A program made the translations under genes and the position numbers. Below, piece by piece: positions 17,636 through 29,200 of a stretch of 64,000 nt of DNA; the stretch's first letter is position 1, and each line of letters starts with the position of its first letter. Source of the stretch: an uncultured Planctomycetales bacterium (GTDB lineage: Bacteria > Omnitrophota > Gorgyraeia > Zapsychrales > JANLHA01); NCBI GenBank assembly GCA_964374105.1, contig CAYJXI010000004.1:13202-77201 (forward strand). Reading direction: 5' to 3'. Below the pieces are notes generated by a model. That model was given only the letters and a program-made list of their open reading frames with translations, was not told the origin of the DNA and did not search any database.

Positions 17636-18805
17636 ATGTCCATCAAAAGCATCATAGAGCAGATTAGACGCGGGACAACCGAGATTATCGATTTAGAGAA
17701 TTTAGAGGTAAAATTAAAGGAAAGCGTTGATCAAAAGAGGCCTCTACGAGTCAAAGCGGGTTTTGATCCCACGGCTCCAGACCTTCATTTGGGTCACGCG
17801 GTTTTATTGAAAAAATTACGGCAATTCCAAGATTTAGGCCATGATGTCTATTTTTTAATTGGTGATTTTACTGCACAAATTGGAGACCCCACTGGACGCG
17901 ATCATTTAAGGCCAAAGTTAACATTTGATAAAATTGAGGAAAATGCAAAAACGTACAAAAAACAAGTCTTTAAAATTTTGGATGAAAAAAAAACAATGGT
18001 TGTCCTCAATAGCGAATGGTTAAACAAATTATCCAGCATTCAATTATTAGAACTCGCCGCGCATTGCACCGTGGCCCAAATGTTGGCTCGGGCAGACTTT
18101 AAAAAGCGATTCGAGGAGAAAAAAGAGATAAGCCTTCTTGAATTCATTTACCCTTTACTGCAAGGGTATGATTCTGTTTATCTAAAGGCGGATATTGAAT
18201 GTGGAGGAGCAGATCAAAAATTCAATTTGCTTATGGGTCGCCACTTGCAAGAGATATTAGGACAATCTCCCCAGGTCATTATCATGACTCCTCTTCTAGA
18301 GGGAATAGATGGAACAAAAAAGATGAGTAAATCTTTAAATAATTACATTGGGGTCAATGAAAATCCCAATGAGATTTTTGGTAAGTTGATGTCCATTAAT
18401 GATGAGCTCATGTATAAGTATTATGAAAGTCTGACGGAATTTGATTTAAAGATAATCAAAAATCTTCATCCAAAGCAAGCGAAGCTACAATTAGCACAAG
18501 AAATAGTTCGGCAGTTTTACAATTTTAAGGAGGCGCAGAAAGCAAAGGTAAATTTTGAAAAAATTTTTAGTCAGAGACAAGTTCCTGAAATCATGAAGGA
18601 GTTTCGTTTGAAACATATTGGAAAAGAGAAACTATCTGATATTTTACTGAATACCAAGATTGTGGATTCAAAAAATGAGGTTAGACGACTTCTCAAACAA
18701 GGGGCTATTACCCATAATGGAGAAAAGATTCCTAATGAAGATTGGCAAATCAAGGAAGGGGTTATCAAGATAGGCAAAAGACGATTTCTCAAAATCATTT
18801 CCTAA
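17636..18805 (+). CDS. tyrS: Tyrosyl-tRNA synthetase
   Basis: HIGH-type motif (DLHLGHAV), KMSKS motif and a C-terminal S4-like RNA-binding domain; 389 aa. Confidence 0.8.
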   Translation: MSIKSIIEQIRRGTTEIIDLENLEVKLKESVDQKRPLRVKAGFDPTAPDLHLGHAVLLKKLRQFQDLGHDVYFLIGDFTAQIGDPTGRDHLRPKLTFDKIEENAKTYKKQVFKILDEKKTMVVLNSEWLNKLSSIQLLELAAHCTVAQMLARADFKKRFEEKKEISLLEFIYPLLQGYDSVYLKADIECGGADQKFNLLMGRHLQEILGQSPQVIIMTPLLEGIDGTKKMSKSLNNYIGVNENPNEIFGKLMSINDELMYKYYESLTEFDLKIIKNLHPKQAKLQLAQEIVRQFYNFKEAQKAKVNFEKIFSQRQVPEIMKEFRLKHIGKEKLSDILLNTKIVDSKNEVRRLLKQGAITHNGEKIPNEDWQIKEGVIKIGKRRFLKIIS

Positions 18806-18880
18806 AACAAAAATTCGGCTTATTTTTATTTTTTTTCATCCGTTTTGCTGTCCCGGTTCGTTAAATTGATAATAAAATGC

Positions 18881-18909
18881 TTGACAAAATCCATTGGTAC
18901 TATTATACT
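18881..18909 (+). promoter_or_regulatory. Near-consensus sigma70 promoter upstream of the tRNA-Thr/rpmG/tRNA-Trp/secE/nusG cluster
   Basis: TTGACA, a 17-nt spacer, then TATACT. It lies about 200 nt upstream of tRNA-Thr. Confidence 0.45.
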
Positions 18910-19107
18910 TATGTTTCATTTCTCCCACACAGAGGTTAAGTTGTACTCCTGGTTTTAGCAGTAAATGAAAAAATTAAAATATCTTCGACGGGAATTAATC
19001 CTCTGAAAGCAATTTATTTTTAGTGAATGTCGCATTGGAGCCATTTCCTCTGATGTTAGACAGTAAGATTTATTTTATCTTTAGATATAGATATTTTAAT
19101 TCTAACT

Positions 19108-19180
19108 GCCCCTGTAGCTCAGCCGGTAGAGCACGTCCTTGGTAAGGACGAGGCAACCGGTTCAAGTCCGGTCGGGGGCT
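19108..19180 (+). tRNA. tRNA-Thr (anticodon GGT)
   Basis: Hand-folded cloverleaf. Acceptor stem GCCCCTG/CGGGGGC (one G-U pair), D arm GCTC...GAGC, anticodon stem CGTCC/GGACG with loop TTGGTAA, T arm CCGGT-TCAAGTC-CGGTC. CCA is not encoded. Confidence 0.8.
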
Positions 19181-19200
19181 TTTAATTAGAAAATTAGATC

Positions 19201-19353
19201 ATGCGAGAAAATATCCAACTCGAATGTACGGAATGTCAAAGAATTAATTACAGCAGTACAAAGGATAAGAAGAAAAATCCTGATCGTTTGGAATTGAAGA
19301 AATATTGTCGATTCTGTCGTAAACATACACCTCATCGAGAATTAAAAAAGTAA
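19201..19353 (+). CDS. rpmG: 50S ribosomal protein L33 (zinc-ribbon form)
   Basis: 50-aa [53 protein letters not shown] with a CxxC...CxxC motif. It is below the ORF-track length cutoff. Confidence 0.8.
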   Translation: MRENIQLECTECQRINYSSTKDKKKNPDRLELKKYCRFCRKHTPHRELKK

Positions 19354-19493
19354 TTAATTCAAAATACCGGGAAGTAAAAATCATTGTCCTTCTTATTAGT
19401 TAACCAATACCAGGGCTTAAGGTGGAAAATAACCCATAACAAACTGTAAAGTTTCAATTTTTCGGAATGGATAGAAGGAAAAATGTGAAGACT

Positions 19494-19570
19494 AGGCCTG
19501 TAGCTCTAACTGGTAGAGCAGCGGACTCCAAATCCGTTGGTTGTGGGTTCAAATCCTACCAGGCCTGCCA
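19494..19570 (+). tRNA. tRNA-Trp (anticodon CCA), 3' CCA encoded
   Basis: Acceptor AGGCCTG/CAGGCCT, anticodon stem GCGGA/TCCGT with loop CTCCAAA, T arm GTGGG-TTCAAAT-CCTAC, discriminator G, then CCA. Confidence 0.8.
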
Positions 19571-19581
19571 TTATAAAAATT

Positions 19582-19767
19582 ATGTTTGAAAAAATTAAAA
19601 AGTTTGTTATGGAAGTTATTGTTGAATTAAAAAAGGTTTCTTGGACGACAAGGAGCGAATTAAAAGACTCAACATTAATTGTGATCATCAGCTCAGCTTT
19701 CTTGGGAATTTTTATCGTCATTACAGATTTTATTTTGTCAAAGATTGTGGGTTTTCTTATTAAATAA
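19582..19767 (+). CDS. secE: Preprotein translocase subunit SecE
   Basis: 61-aa protein with a single C-terminal transmembrane helix (LIVIISSAFLGIFIVITDFIL), immediately upstream of nusG. The track ORF begins inside tRNA-Trp; ATG 19582 is preferred. Confidence 0.75.
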   Translation: MFEKIKKFVMEVIVELKKVSWTTRSELKDSTLIVIISSAFLGIFIVITDFILSKIVGFLIK

Positions 19768-19772
19768 CGATT

Positions 19773-20303
19773 ATGATCATGAAATGGTATGTTGTCCATA
19801 CCCAAACAGGGGCAGAGGAAAAGGCGAAGGCCGGGTTAGAGAGTCGAATGGCCACAACGGCATTGAAAAATTATATCAGTGAAATAGTGGTTCCAACCGA
19901 ACAGGTCTCGGAAATCCGAGGAGGGAAAAAGCGTATTACCTCTCGTAAATTTTTCCCAGGTTATATCCTTGTTAAAATGGATATGAATAAAGAAAGTTGG
20001 TACCTGGTTAAGTCGACCCCTGGGATCACAGGATTTATTGGTCCTGGACGTATGCCTACATCAATTTCAGAAGAAGAAGTGAAGTCCATTATTCAACGAA
20101 CCCAAGATACAGAAACCAAACCAAGTCCTAAAATCGTTTTTGACTTGGGTGAGGCGGTAAGGATATCGGAGGGGCCGTTTGCTAACTTTAATGGCTCCGT
20201 GATGGAGGTCTATCCTGATCGTGGCAAATTGAAAGTCAGTGTTTCCATTTTTGGCAGATCGACTCTTGTGGAAATGGAATACTGGCAAGTGGAGAAGATT
20301 TAA
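19773..20303 (+). CDS. nusG: Transcription termination/antitermination factor NusG
   Basis: [19 protein letters not shown] domain and a C-terminal KOW motif ([21 protein letters not shown]). Confidence 0.85.
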   Translation: MIMKWYVVHTQTGAEEKAKAGLESRMATTALKNYISEIVVPTEQVSEIRGGKKRITSRKFFPGYILVKMDMNKESWYLVKSTPGITGFIGPGRMPTSISEEEVKSIIQRTQDTETKPSPKIVFDLGEAVRISEGPFANFNGSVMEVYPDRGKLKVSVSIFGRSTLVEMEYWQVEKI

Positions 20304-20304
20304 G

Positions 20305-20733
20305 ATGGCAAAAGAGGTCGTGGCGCAACTCAAATTGTATGTCCCCGCAGGGCAAGCCAACCCAGCACCCCCCATCGGTCCGGCTTTAGGCCAACACGGG
20401 GTCAATATCATGAGTTTTTGCAAGGCCTTCAATGAACAGACCAAAGGAAAGGAAGGATTGATTTTACCAGCCGTCATCACCATCTATAAGGATAAATCTT
20501 TTGATTTTGTTATCAAATCACCACCCAGTTCGGTTTTGATTAAAAAGGCGGTCAATTTAGCCAAGGCCTCGGGACAAGCAGGTAAAGAAAAGATTGCCAG
20601 TTTAACGAAAGATAAGGTCAAAGAAATCGCTAAAATGAAATTGGAAGATTTGAATACAGGCAGTTTGGAGAAAGCCATAAAGATCATTAAAGGGACAGCC
20701 AAGAGTATGGGAATTGCCGTGGTGGATTCATGA
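20305..20733 (+). CDS. rplK: 50S ribosomal protein L11
   Basis: [36 protein letters not shown] is a canonical L11 N-terminus. Start ATG 20305 lies just after the nusG stop. Confidence 0.9.
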   Translation: MAKEVVAQLKLYVPAGQANPAPPIGPALGQHGVNIMSFCKAFNEQTKGKEGLILPAVITIYKDKSFDFVIKSPPSSVLIKKAVNLAKASGQAGKEKIASLTKDKVKEIAKMKLEDLNTGSLEKAIKIIKGTAKSMGIAVVDS

Positions 20734-20742
20734 GAGGTCGAA

Positions 20743-21423
20743 ATGAAATTAACTAAAAGAAAAAAAGAATTTGCAAAATTATTTGTAGATCGCAAAAAAA
20801 ATTTCAGTTTAGAGGAGGCTGTTTCCAGTCTAGCCAAATTCCCTTTGGTCAAGTTTGATGAGACCGTTGAATTGCATTTGAATTTAAATATTGATAAAGA
20901 AGCCACTGATCAGGGAGTCCGGGGAACGGTGGTGTTACCTCATGGGACAGGAAAAAAGGTCAGAATCGCTGTCTTCTGCAAGGGGGAGCTGGCTAAAAAG
21001 GCGGAAGAAATGGGAGCTGAATATGTAGGAGCGGAAGAGTTGATTGAAAAAATTTCAAAAGGATTTCTAGACTTTGATTGCGTGATTGCTACCCCGGATA
21101 TGATGCGAGAATTAAGTAAATTGGGCAAAATCTTAGGCCCACGAGGTCTGATGCCAAGTCCTAAATCTGGAACCGTAAGTATGGATATCGAAAGAGTGAT
21201 CAAAGAAGTCAAGGCCGGGAGAGTTGAATTTAAATCCGATAAACAAGGTGGAATCCATGTCGGTATTGGTAAGCGTTCCTTCTCCCAAGATCAACTTTTG
21301 GAAAATGCTCATCAGCTCCTGACAGCTATCCAGCATGCTAAGCCGCAAACGATCAAAGGGAATTTGATTAAGAGTGTCTCTTTATCTTCAACTATGGGCC
21401 CGGGCTTAAAAGTTGCCGTTTAG
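20743..21423 (+). CDS. rplA: 50S ribosomal protein L1
   Basis: 226 aa; conserved L1 segments (GTGKKVRIAVF, MPSPKSGTV). Confidence 0.9.
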   Translation: MKLTKRKKEFAKLFVDRKKNFSLEEAVSSLAKFPLVKFDETVELHLNLNIDKEATDQGVRGTVVLPHGTGKKVRIAVFCKGELAKKAEEMGAEYVGAEELIEKISKGFLDFDCVIATPDMMRELSKLGKILGPRGLMPSPKSGTVSMDIERVIKEVKAGRVEFKSDKQGGIHVGIGKRSFSQDQLLENAHQLLTAIQHAKPQTIKGNLIKSVSLSSTMGPGLKVAV

Positions 21424-21468
21424 GAATTTGAAGATGGAATTTTGAATGTTATTCTTAAGGATACCAAG

Positions 21469-21996
21469 ATGAAAAGAGTCGGACAAATATTGAGGGATAA
21501 ATTAAAAGAAGGCATTAAGGAAAGTATTGGGCAAAATCGGGGAACTTTTCTTTTAAGTTATTCCGCCATATCCTCCAGCCAGATGAATGCTTTAAGAAAG
21601 GATTTGAGGAAAGTGGGGGCGCATATTTCTGCTTCGAAAAACCGAATTGCCAAGATAGCCTTAAAAGAACTTAAACAAGATCAATTTGCCAAACATATTG
21701 AAGGACAGACAGCTTTTGTTTGGAGTAATAACGATGCCGCTGTTGTATCAAAAGTTCTGATGAAATTTTCGGAAGATAAGAAAGGAATTGTTATTCGGGG
21801 TGGTCTGCTTGAGGGAACCATTCTTAATAAAGAGGATATTAAGCGGTTGTCGGATTTGCCATCCAGGGAAGTCTTATTGACCCAATTGGTACGAACAATG
21901 ATATCACCGGTCAGTTGCTTGCTGGGTGCGATGAATGGGAAAACTCGAGACTTATTATCTATATTGAAACAATTGAGTGAGAAAAAAGGGGGATAA
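21469..21996 (+). CDS. rplJ: 50S ribosomal protein L10
   Basis: L10 fold in the conserved position. The track ORF begins at TTG 21442; ATG 21469 with AAGGA 9 nt upstream is preferred. Confidence 0.8.
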   Translation: MKRVGQILRDKLKEGIKESIGQNRGTFLLSYSAISSSQMNALRKDLRKVGAHISASKNRIAKIALKELKQDQFAKHIEGQTAFVWSNNDAAVVSKVLMKFSEDKKGIVIRGGLLEGTILNKEDIKRLSDLPSREVLLTQLVRTMISPVSCLLGAMNGKTRDLLSILKQLSEKKGG

Positions 21997-22001
21997 TTAA
22001 A

Positions 22002-22430
22002 ATGTCTGAAAACACTGTGGCAGAAAGTAAAGAACGAATGCCGTTGTCACCTAAACTAGAGGAGGTGGCAAAAACAATTGAGGGTTTAACCGCTTTAGAA
22101 TTGGCAGACTTGGTAAAGGGCTTAGAACAAAGGTTGGGGATCCAGGCGGCAGCTCCGGTGGCCGCGGGGATGTTGATAGCTGGTGCTGCGGGTGGGGCGG
22201 CTGCGCCCAAGGAGGAGAAGACCTCTTTCAGCGTTGTCCTTACCTCTGCCGGGGCAAATAAGATTTCCGTTATCAAAGAGGTAAGAGCCGTCACCAACCT
22301 TGGCTTAAAAGAGGCTAAGGATTTGGTTGAATCCGCTCCTAAAACTGTCAAAGAAGACGTTTCCAAAGAAGAAGCCGATGACATTAAAAAGAAATTGGAA
22401 TCTGCTGGTGCTAAGGTTGAGCTTAAGTAA
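22002..22430 (+). CDS. rplL: 50S ribosomal protein L7/L12 (possible 12-aa N-terminal extension)
   Basis: N-terminal dimerisation domain, Ala/Gly hinge and C-terminal domain [14 protein letters not shown] strong GGGGGA RBS precedes ATG 22002; an alternative start is ATG 22038. Confidence 0.85.
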   Translation: MSENTVAESKERMPLSPKLEEVAKTIEGLTALELADLVKGLEQRLGIQAAAPVAAGMLIAGAAGGAAAPKEEKTSFSVVLTSAGANKISVIKEVRAVTNLGLKEAKDLVESAPKTVKEDVSKEEADDIKKKLESAGAKVELK

Positions 22431-22782
22431 ACCTGTAAAGATGTGTTCCCAAGGGCGGCTTTTTTAAGGGGTAAAGATTGTAGTTTTTTAAGAAAAAATC
22501 TGTGAACAAAAGCAGATGGGAATTAAGGTCAAACTTAAGTCAATGAAATTTTCAGATCTACAAAAGCACCTCTACCATCGTGATTCTGGGCCTAACAAAC
22601 TGAATGATCCTGTATGTGCTCATAGCTTACTTAATCAATCATCCTGCCTCGCACCGAGGCTTCCCTCGACCTCGAGTCTCGGGACGAAAGGCGGCATGAG
22701 GCGATCTACACGATAACTGAAAAATTTGAACTCAAATTGAGGAAGAATAATCAGAAGCTTTTAACAACCCCCAAAAAATTTT

Positions 22783-25700
22783 ATGGAAAAATTAAAAATC
22801 AAAAATTTCGGTAAAATCAAAGATGCATTTGAATTACCACAGCTTTTGGATATACAAGTCAAAGCCTATGAGAGCTTTCTGCAAATGGAGGTATCTCCGG
22901 AAAAGCGAAGTGATCAGGGCTTAGAAGAAGTTTTCCGGGAGGTTTTCCCATTGGAAAGTTATGATGGGCAAATAAAACTCGAATATATCAGTTATTTGCT
23001 TGGGAAACCGAAGTATTCCGATATGGAATGTCAGCGAAGAAACATGACCTATGCTGCTCCCTTAAAAGTAAAATTACGCCTCATTACCCCGGTTGACATA
23101 AAAGAGCAGGAGGTTTACTTTGGGGATTTCCCTTTGATGACAGAAACAGGAACCTTTATTATTAATGGGGATGAGAGGGTGGTGGTTTCTCAGATCCAAC
23201 GTCCGCCGGGGGTCTCTTTCGAGGAGGAAGTACATCCTACGGGAAAAAGTATTTATCATGGGCGGATTATCCCTTCCCGAGGGGCATGGTTTGAGGTGAA
23301 ATACGATCTTAACGATGTGCTGTTTGCTTATATTGATCGCCGCAGGAACTTTCCGGTGACCCAGATTTTAAGAATCATGGGGTTAGCAACGCCCGAAGAG
23401 ATGCAAAAGATGCTTGGGGAGGAGGATATTAATAAACTCAAGAATACCCTTGAGCGAGATCACACCACCAACAAGGAAGATGCCCTCCTAGATTTCTATC
23501 GGAAGATGCGGCCTACTGAACCGGCTACTGTGGAAGTTGCTCAGGCATTATTCTTCCGATTATTTTTTGACCCTAAACGATATGATTTAAGTAAAGTAGG
23601 ACGCCACATTATCAATCGAAAATTAGGAACCAATATCCCGCTGGAAAATCGAGTCTTGGATATCAATACGGTGGTAGCGGTTATCCGATATCTTTTTGGT
23701 TTAAGAGAAGGAAGAGGGGAAACAGACGATATTGACCATTTGGGCAATCGCCGGATCAAAACCGTAGGAGAACTCATCCAGAACCAGGTCAGGATTGGGT
23801 TGGCACGGTTGGAAAGATCCATCAAGGAACGGTTGGTCGTTATGAGTTCCTTTGAAAATCTAACCGCCCATCATTTGATTAATTCTCGTCTTTTCTCTAA
23901 TCAGATTCATGATTTTTTTGCCAGAAGTCAATTGTCACAATTCATGGATCAAGTCAACCCCCTTTCCGAAATGACCCACAAAAGAAGGTTAAGTGCTCTT
24001 GGGCCAGGAGGATTGTCCCGGGAGAGGGCGGGCTTTGAAGTGAGAGACGTTCATCCGACCCATTATGGCCGTGTTTGTCCTATCGAAACACCCGAAGGTC
24101 CTAATATTGGTCTTATTTCTTCTTTGACAACCTGTGCTCGAGTGAATGAATTGGGTTTTATTGAAACGCCGTATTACAAAGTGGAAGACGGCCGTCTGAC
24201 CAGGAAGATAGAATATTTAACCGCAGATGTCGATCAAGACAAACATATCGCCCCGGCCAGTGTCCAGGTTGATAAAGATGGACAATTCTTAGATAAGGAA
24301 ATCATTTGTCGGCATAAAACTGATTTTCCCAAAGTCAAACCTCAACAAATCGATTTTAAAGACGTTTCTCCAAAGCAGCTTGTTTCAGTAGCTACCTCCC
24401 TTATTCCTTTTTTAGAACATGATGATGCAAATCGCGCCCTGATGGGATCCAATATGCAGAGGCAAGCGGTTCCCTTGATGGTCACTGAAGTTCCTTATGT
24501 GGGAACAGGGATGGAGGAGAAGGTGGCAAGGGATTCGGGGGTGGTCGTGGTGGCCAGAGAATCAGGGAGAGTCAATAAGGTCGATGGGAAAGAGATTGTA
24601 ATTGGTGAGGAGGTTTATCAACTGAAGAATTTCATGCGTTCTAATGCTAATACTTGTGTCCACCAGAGACCTTTGGTTCAATTGGGGGATTATGTGGAGA
24701 AGGGACAGATTATTGCGGATGGAATGGCCACCCAAGATGGAAGAATTGCGTTGGGACGGAATGTGTTGGTGGCGTTTATGCCTTGGCGAGGGTATAACTT
24801 TGAGGATGCTATTCTGATCAATCAACATTTGGTTAGGGAAGATGTTTTTACCTCAATTCATGTTGAAAAATTTGAAATTGAAGCGAGAGAAACTCGCTTA
24901 GGCAATGAAGAGATTACCCGGGATATTCCCAATGTGGGTGAAGATGCCCTTAAGGATTTGACCGAAGAAGGTGTTGTTCGTATCGGAGCAGAGGTTAAAG
25001 CGGGGGATTATCTTGTTGGCAAAGTGACTCCCAAAAGCGAGAAGGAACTCTCTCCGGAAGAGAGGTTGTTGCGTGCAATTTTTGGGGAAAAGGCCGCTGA
25101 TATTCGCGATACTTCCTTGACCCTTCCTCCCGGAATAGAAGGTGTGATTGTAAATGCCGAGATCTTTCAGAGAACCGAGCGGGGCCGAAAATCAAAAGAA
25201 GATAAAGGGAAAGAAGTGGAAGCTCTTAAAAAAGTCAAAGAATATTTCCGCCAAGAAATTGAATTTATTGAAACCGAAAAGAACAAGAAATTAAGCAAGC
25301 TTTTGGGTATTGATGCAAAAAAGATTTCGAAAATCGACCTCAATGAATATTCCGCTGATACAGAAGTGCAAGAGATATTAAATTTCTTCAATGATAAGAT
25401 TGCAGAATTAGTGGAAGAAGAAGCCCAGGAGCTTGATCGGGCTAAACGAGGCGATGAATTACCTGCGGGAGTTATCAAAAGGGTGGTTGTCTATATAGCC
25501 ACCAAACGAAAGTTATCCGAAGGAGACAAGATGGCTGGTCGTCATGGGAATAAGGGAATTGTCTCTCGGATTCTCCCAGAGGAAGATATGCCTTATTTAG
25601 CCGATGGATCTGCTGTGGATATCATCCTCAATCCATTAGGGGTCCCTTCTCGTATGAATGTAGGGCAACTTCTGGAAACGCATTTGGGGTGGGCGGCGCA

Positions 25701-26277
25701 TGCGCTTGGTTTTTATGCAGAATCCCCAGTCTTCAACGGTGCGACAGAAGAGGAAATCCGCCAATTATTAAGGGAAGCGAATCTTCCCGAAGATGGTAAG
25801 ACAACTGTCTTTGATGGATTCACCGGAGAACAGTTTGATCAAAGAGTGACGGTTGGCTACATCTACATGCTAAAACTCAATCATTTGGTGGATGAAAAGA
25901 TTCATGCCCGTTCCATCGGACCATATTCTTTAGTGACCCAGCAGCCCTTAGGAGGAAAGGCCCATTTTGGTGGTCAAAGATTCGGAGAAATGGAGGTTTG
26001 GGCCTTAGAAGCTTATGGGGCGGCTTTTACTTTGCAGGAGATGTTGACCGTTAAAAGCGATGATGTCAAAGGAAGAAGTGAGATTTATGAAGCTATTGTT
26101 AAGGGTGAACAGAAATTGACAACGGGGGTCCCGGAATCTTTTAATGTTTTAGTCAAAGAATTACAAGGCCTGTGTTTGGATATTAAGCTCGATAAAGCCA
26201 ATGCCGAACCGGTTAAGGATGGGAAAAAAGAAAATAAGGATTTGTTAAGGGAAAAAGAAAAGGAGAAGAAAAGGTAA
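22783..26277 (+). CDS. rpoB: DNA-directed RNA polymerase subunit beta
   Basis: 1164 aa with conserved beta segments (rifampicin cluster [23 protein letters not shown] active-site region). Confidence 0.95.
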   Translation: MEKLKIKNFGKIKDAFELPQLLDIQVKAYESFLQMEVSPEKRSDQGLEEVFREVFPLESYDGQIKLEYISYLLGKPKYSDMECQRRNMTYAAPLKVKLRLITPVDIKEQEVYFGDFPLMTETGTFIINGDERVVVSQIQRPPGVSFEEEVHPTGKSIYHGRIIPSRGAWFEVKYDLNDVLFAYIDRRRNFPVTQILRIMGLATPEEMQKMLGEEDINKLKNTLERDHTTNKEDALLDFYRKMRPTEPATVEVAQALFFRLFFDPKRYDLSKVGRHIINRKLGTNIPLENRVLDINTVVAVIRYLFGLREGRGETDDIDHLGNRRIKTVGELIQNQVRIGLARLERSIKERLVVMSSFENLTAHHLINSRLFSNQIHDFFARSQLSQFMDQVNPLSEMTHKRRLSALGPGGLSRERAGFEVRDVHPTHYGRVCPIETPEGPNIGLISSLTTCARVNELGFIETPYYKVEDGRLTRKIEYLTADVDQDKHIAPASVQVDKDGQFLDKEIICRHKTDFPKVKPQQIDFKDVSPKQLVSVATSLIPFLEHDDANRALMGSNMQRQAVPLMVTEVPYVGTGMEEKVARDSGVVVVARESGRVNKVDGKEIVIGEEVYQLKNFMRSNANTCVHQRPLVQLGDYVEKGQIIADGMATQDGRIALGRNVLVAFMPWRGYNFEDAILINQHLVREDVFTSIHVEKFEIEARETRLGNEEITRDIPNVGEDALKDLTEEGVVRIGAEVKAGDYLVGKVTPKSEKELSPEERLLRAIFGEKAADIRDTSLTLPPGIEGVIVNAEIFQRTERGRKSKEDKGKEVEALKKVKEYFRQEIEFIETEKNKKLSKLLGIDAKKISKIDLNEYSADTEVQEILNFFNDKIAELVEEEAQELDRAKRGDELPAGVIKRVVVYIATKRKLSEGDKMAGRHGNKGIVSRILPEEDMPYLADGSAVDIILNPLGVPSRMNVGQLLETHLGWAAHALGFYAESPVFNGATEEEIRQLLREANLPEDGKTTVFDGFTGEQFDQRVTVGYIYMLKLNHLVDEKIHARSIGPYSLVTQQPLGGKAHFGGQRFGEMEVWALEAYGAAFTLQEMLTVKSDDVKGRSEIYEAIVKGEQKLTTGVPESFNVLVKELQGLCLDIKLDKANAEPVKDGKKENKDLLREKEKEKKR

Positions 26278-26278
26278 T

Positions 26279-29200
26279 ATGTCTTCTATTAAAAAAGAAA
26301 TACTAGAAAGTGATACGGTTTCCATTAAAATTGCTTCTCCCGAAGTTATTCGATCTTGGTCCCATGGGGTCGTGAGAAAGGCCGAAACCCTCAATTATCG
26401 AACCTTAAAGCCAGAAAAGGATGGTTTGTTTTGTGAACGGATTTTTGGCCCTGTCCGAGATTGGGAATGCAATTGTGGAAAATATAAAGGAACAAAATTT
26501 AGAGGGATTACCTGTGATCGTTGTGGGGTCACGATTGCCAAATCGAATGTGCGGCGGGAACGCATGGGGCATATTGAATTAGCCTGTCCCGTGACACATA
26601 TTTGGTTTTATAAGGCGGTCCCAAGTCGTTTATCGGCCTTGTTACAAATCAGCTTGCGCGATTTGGAAAAATTAATTTATTACGAAGAATACTTGGTGAT
26701 TGACCCTGGGGAATCGCCTCTTAAGAAGAATGAGTTTTTGTCAGAGGAGCAGTACCAGGAAGCGATCGTCAAATATGGAGGAAATTTTAAAGCCAAAATC
26801 GGAGCTGAGGCTGTTAAGGATCTGTTAAAAGAAATTGATCTCAATACCCTTTGTAAAAAATTACGGAAAGATCTGGAAAAAATTAACCCCAACAGCACCA
26901 ATGCCAAAAAGATCTCTAAGACCTTAAAGATTGTGGAAGATTACAAAAGTTCAGGGAATAAACCGGAATGGATGGTCTTGGATGTTTTACCGGTGATCCC
27001 TCCCGATTTAAGACCGCTTGTTCCTTTGGAAGGAGGTCGATTTGCTACTTCGGATCTGAACGATTTATATCGTCGAGTTATAAATCGTAATAACCGATTG
27101 AAAAAATTAATCGACCTGAAGGCACCAGAAATTATTATTCGTAATGAAAAAAGGATGCTCCAGGAGGCGGTTGATGCTCTCTTAGATAATGGACGGCATG
27201 GCCGACCAGTTTTGGGATCTGGCAATAGACCCTTGAAATCCCTTTCTGATATGTTAAAAGGGAAGCAAGGTCGATTCCGTATGAATCTCTTAGGGAAACG
27301 TGTGGATTATTCTGGCCGATCAGTTATTGTGGTTGGACCTAAGTTGAGATTGCATGAATGTGGGTTACCTAAAAAGATGGCTTTGGAATTATTTGAGCCA
27401 TTTATTATTCGAAAATTAAGAGAGAAGGGTTATGTTCATACGATCCGTGGCGCCAAACGGATGGTGGAAAGAGCTAAGATTGAAGTCTGGGATATCTTGG
27501 ATGAGGTTATTACAGATCATCCGATTATGTTAAATAGGGCCCCAACCTTACACCGACTCAGTATTCAGGCCTTTCAACCCATTTTAACGGAAGGCAAAGC
27601 CATAAAACTTCATCCTCTTGTTTGTTCTGCCTTCAATGCCGATTTTGATGGGGACCAAATGGCTGTTCATGTTCCTCTCTCCCTAGAGGCGCAAATTGAG
27701 TGTCGTCTAGAATTATTATCAGTCAATAACCTGTTTTCTCCCGCGGATGGACGTCCCATTGTTTCTCCAACCCAGGATATGGTTCTGGGACTTTATTATC
27801 TTACTAAAGATAAACCTGAGGATAGATTGGATAAGAAGTTATTTTTCAACAGTCAAGAGGTCATTATTGCTTATAATGATGGTCAACTGAAATTGCACAG
27901 CGGGATTAAATTGAGAATTAATCAACCTGTCTGGGGCGATGAAAAACCTTCTCTGATTATCTCTCAAGAGCAGTCGACAAAAATAGATAAGGAACCAGAG
28001 AAAAAGGCTATCGTTGAAAAGACACAGATTATTGAAACAACGGTTGGTCGGGTATTTTTAAACGGATTGCTACCCGAAGGGTTTGGCTATGTGAATGAAA
28101 CCATGGACAAGAAGAAAATCGGTGCGGTGATTTCCGACTGCTACAAACGTTTTGGACAAAACACAACGGTACAGTTATTAGATAAGCTCAAAGATTACGG
28201 ATTTGAGTCAGCAACCATAGCGGGTATTTCTATTTCCATTGAAGATCTTACCAGTCCTAAAGAAAAGGATAAACATATTAAGGAAGCCAAACTGGATGTC
28301 TCAAAGATTGAAGATCAATATCGAAAAGGGATTATAACGGGTCGAGAACGTTATAACAAAATCATTGATGTTTGGACCCACACAACCGAGAAGATATCGG
28401 ATTTGGTTTTCCAGCAGATGGATCCTTTTAACCCTCTTTTTATTATGGCCGATTCAGGGGCCCGGGGGTCTCGTTTACAAATCCGCCAATTATCTGGGAT
28501 GCGAGGTTTGATGGCCAAACCTTCTGGGGAGATCATTGAAAATCCTATTACCGCTAGCTTCCGAGAAGGGTTGACTGTTCTTGAGTATTTCATCTCAACC
28601 CATGGGGCTCGTAAGGGTTTAGCGGATACGGCCCTTAAAACGGCGGATGCCGGATACCTTACGCGTCGGTTAGTCGATGTCGCGCAGGAGGTTGTTATTA
28701 TCGAAGTAGATTGTGGGACTGTGAATGGGATTACCGTTTCGGCGATTGTCGAAGGAGATGAATTGGTTGTCAGTCTCAAAGAAAGAATCACTGGACGGGT
28801 GGCCTTGGATAGTATTGCGGATGTGGTAACAGATCAGGTTATCGTAGAGGCGGGTGAAGAGATTACTGAGGAAAAGGCCGTCGTCATTGAACAGCTTGGA
28901 ATTGAAAAGGTCCGGATTAGAAGTGTTTTAACGTGTGAGACCGATCGAGGTGTCTGTATTAAATGTTATGGCCGTAATCTGGCAACACAGCGACTGGTGG
29001 AAATAGGAGAGGCGGTGGGAACCATTGCTGCCCAAAGTATCGGAGAGCCGGGAACCCAATTGACTATGCGCACCTTCCATATTGGGGGAACCGCAAGCCG
29101 TGCGGTTGAGCAATCCTATTACAAAGCGAAAAACAAAGGGATTGTGAAATATCATCAATTACGGGTGGTGGCTAGGAACAAAGAGTATGTCGTTCTCAAT

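Noticed and set aside
20067-20483. 138-aa minus-strand ORF spanning the nusG-rplK junction
   Set aside because: Antisense to two highly conserved genes; no independent signal.
22516-22716. 66-aa + strand ORF in the rplL-rpoB spacer
   Set aside because: No RBS, Ser/Pro/Arg-rich composition produced by a local GC island, and no recognisable motif. It is more likely non-coding structured RNA or spacer.
28351-28791. 146-aa minus-strand ORF within rpoC (and other antisense ORFs in rpoB, rpoC, fusA and tuf)
   Set aside because: Antisense to universally conserved coding sequence; typical long-ORF artefact.
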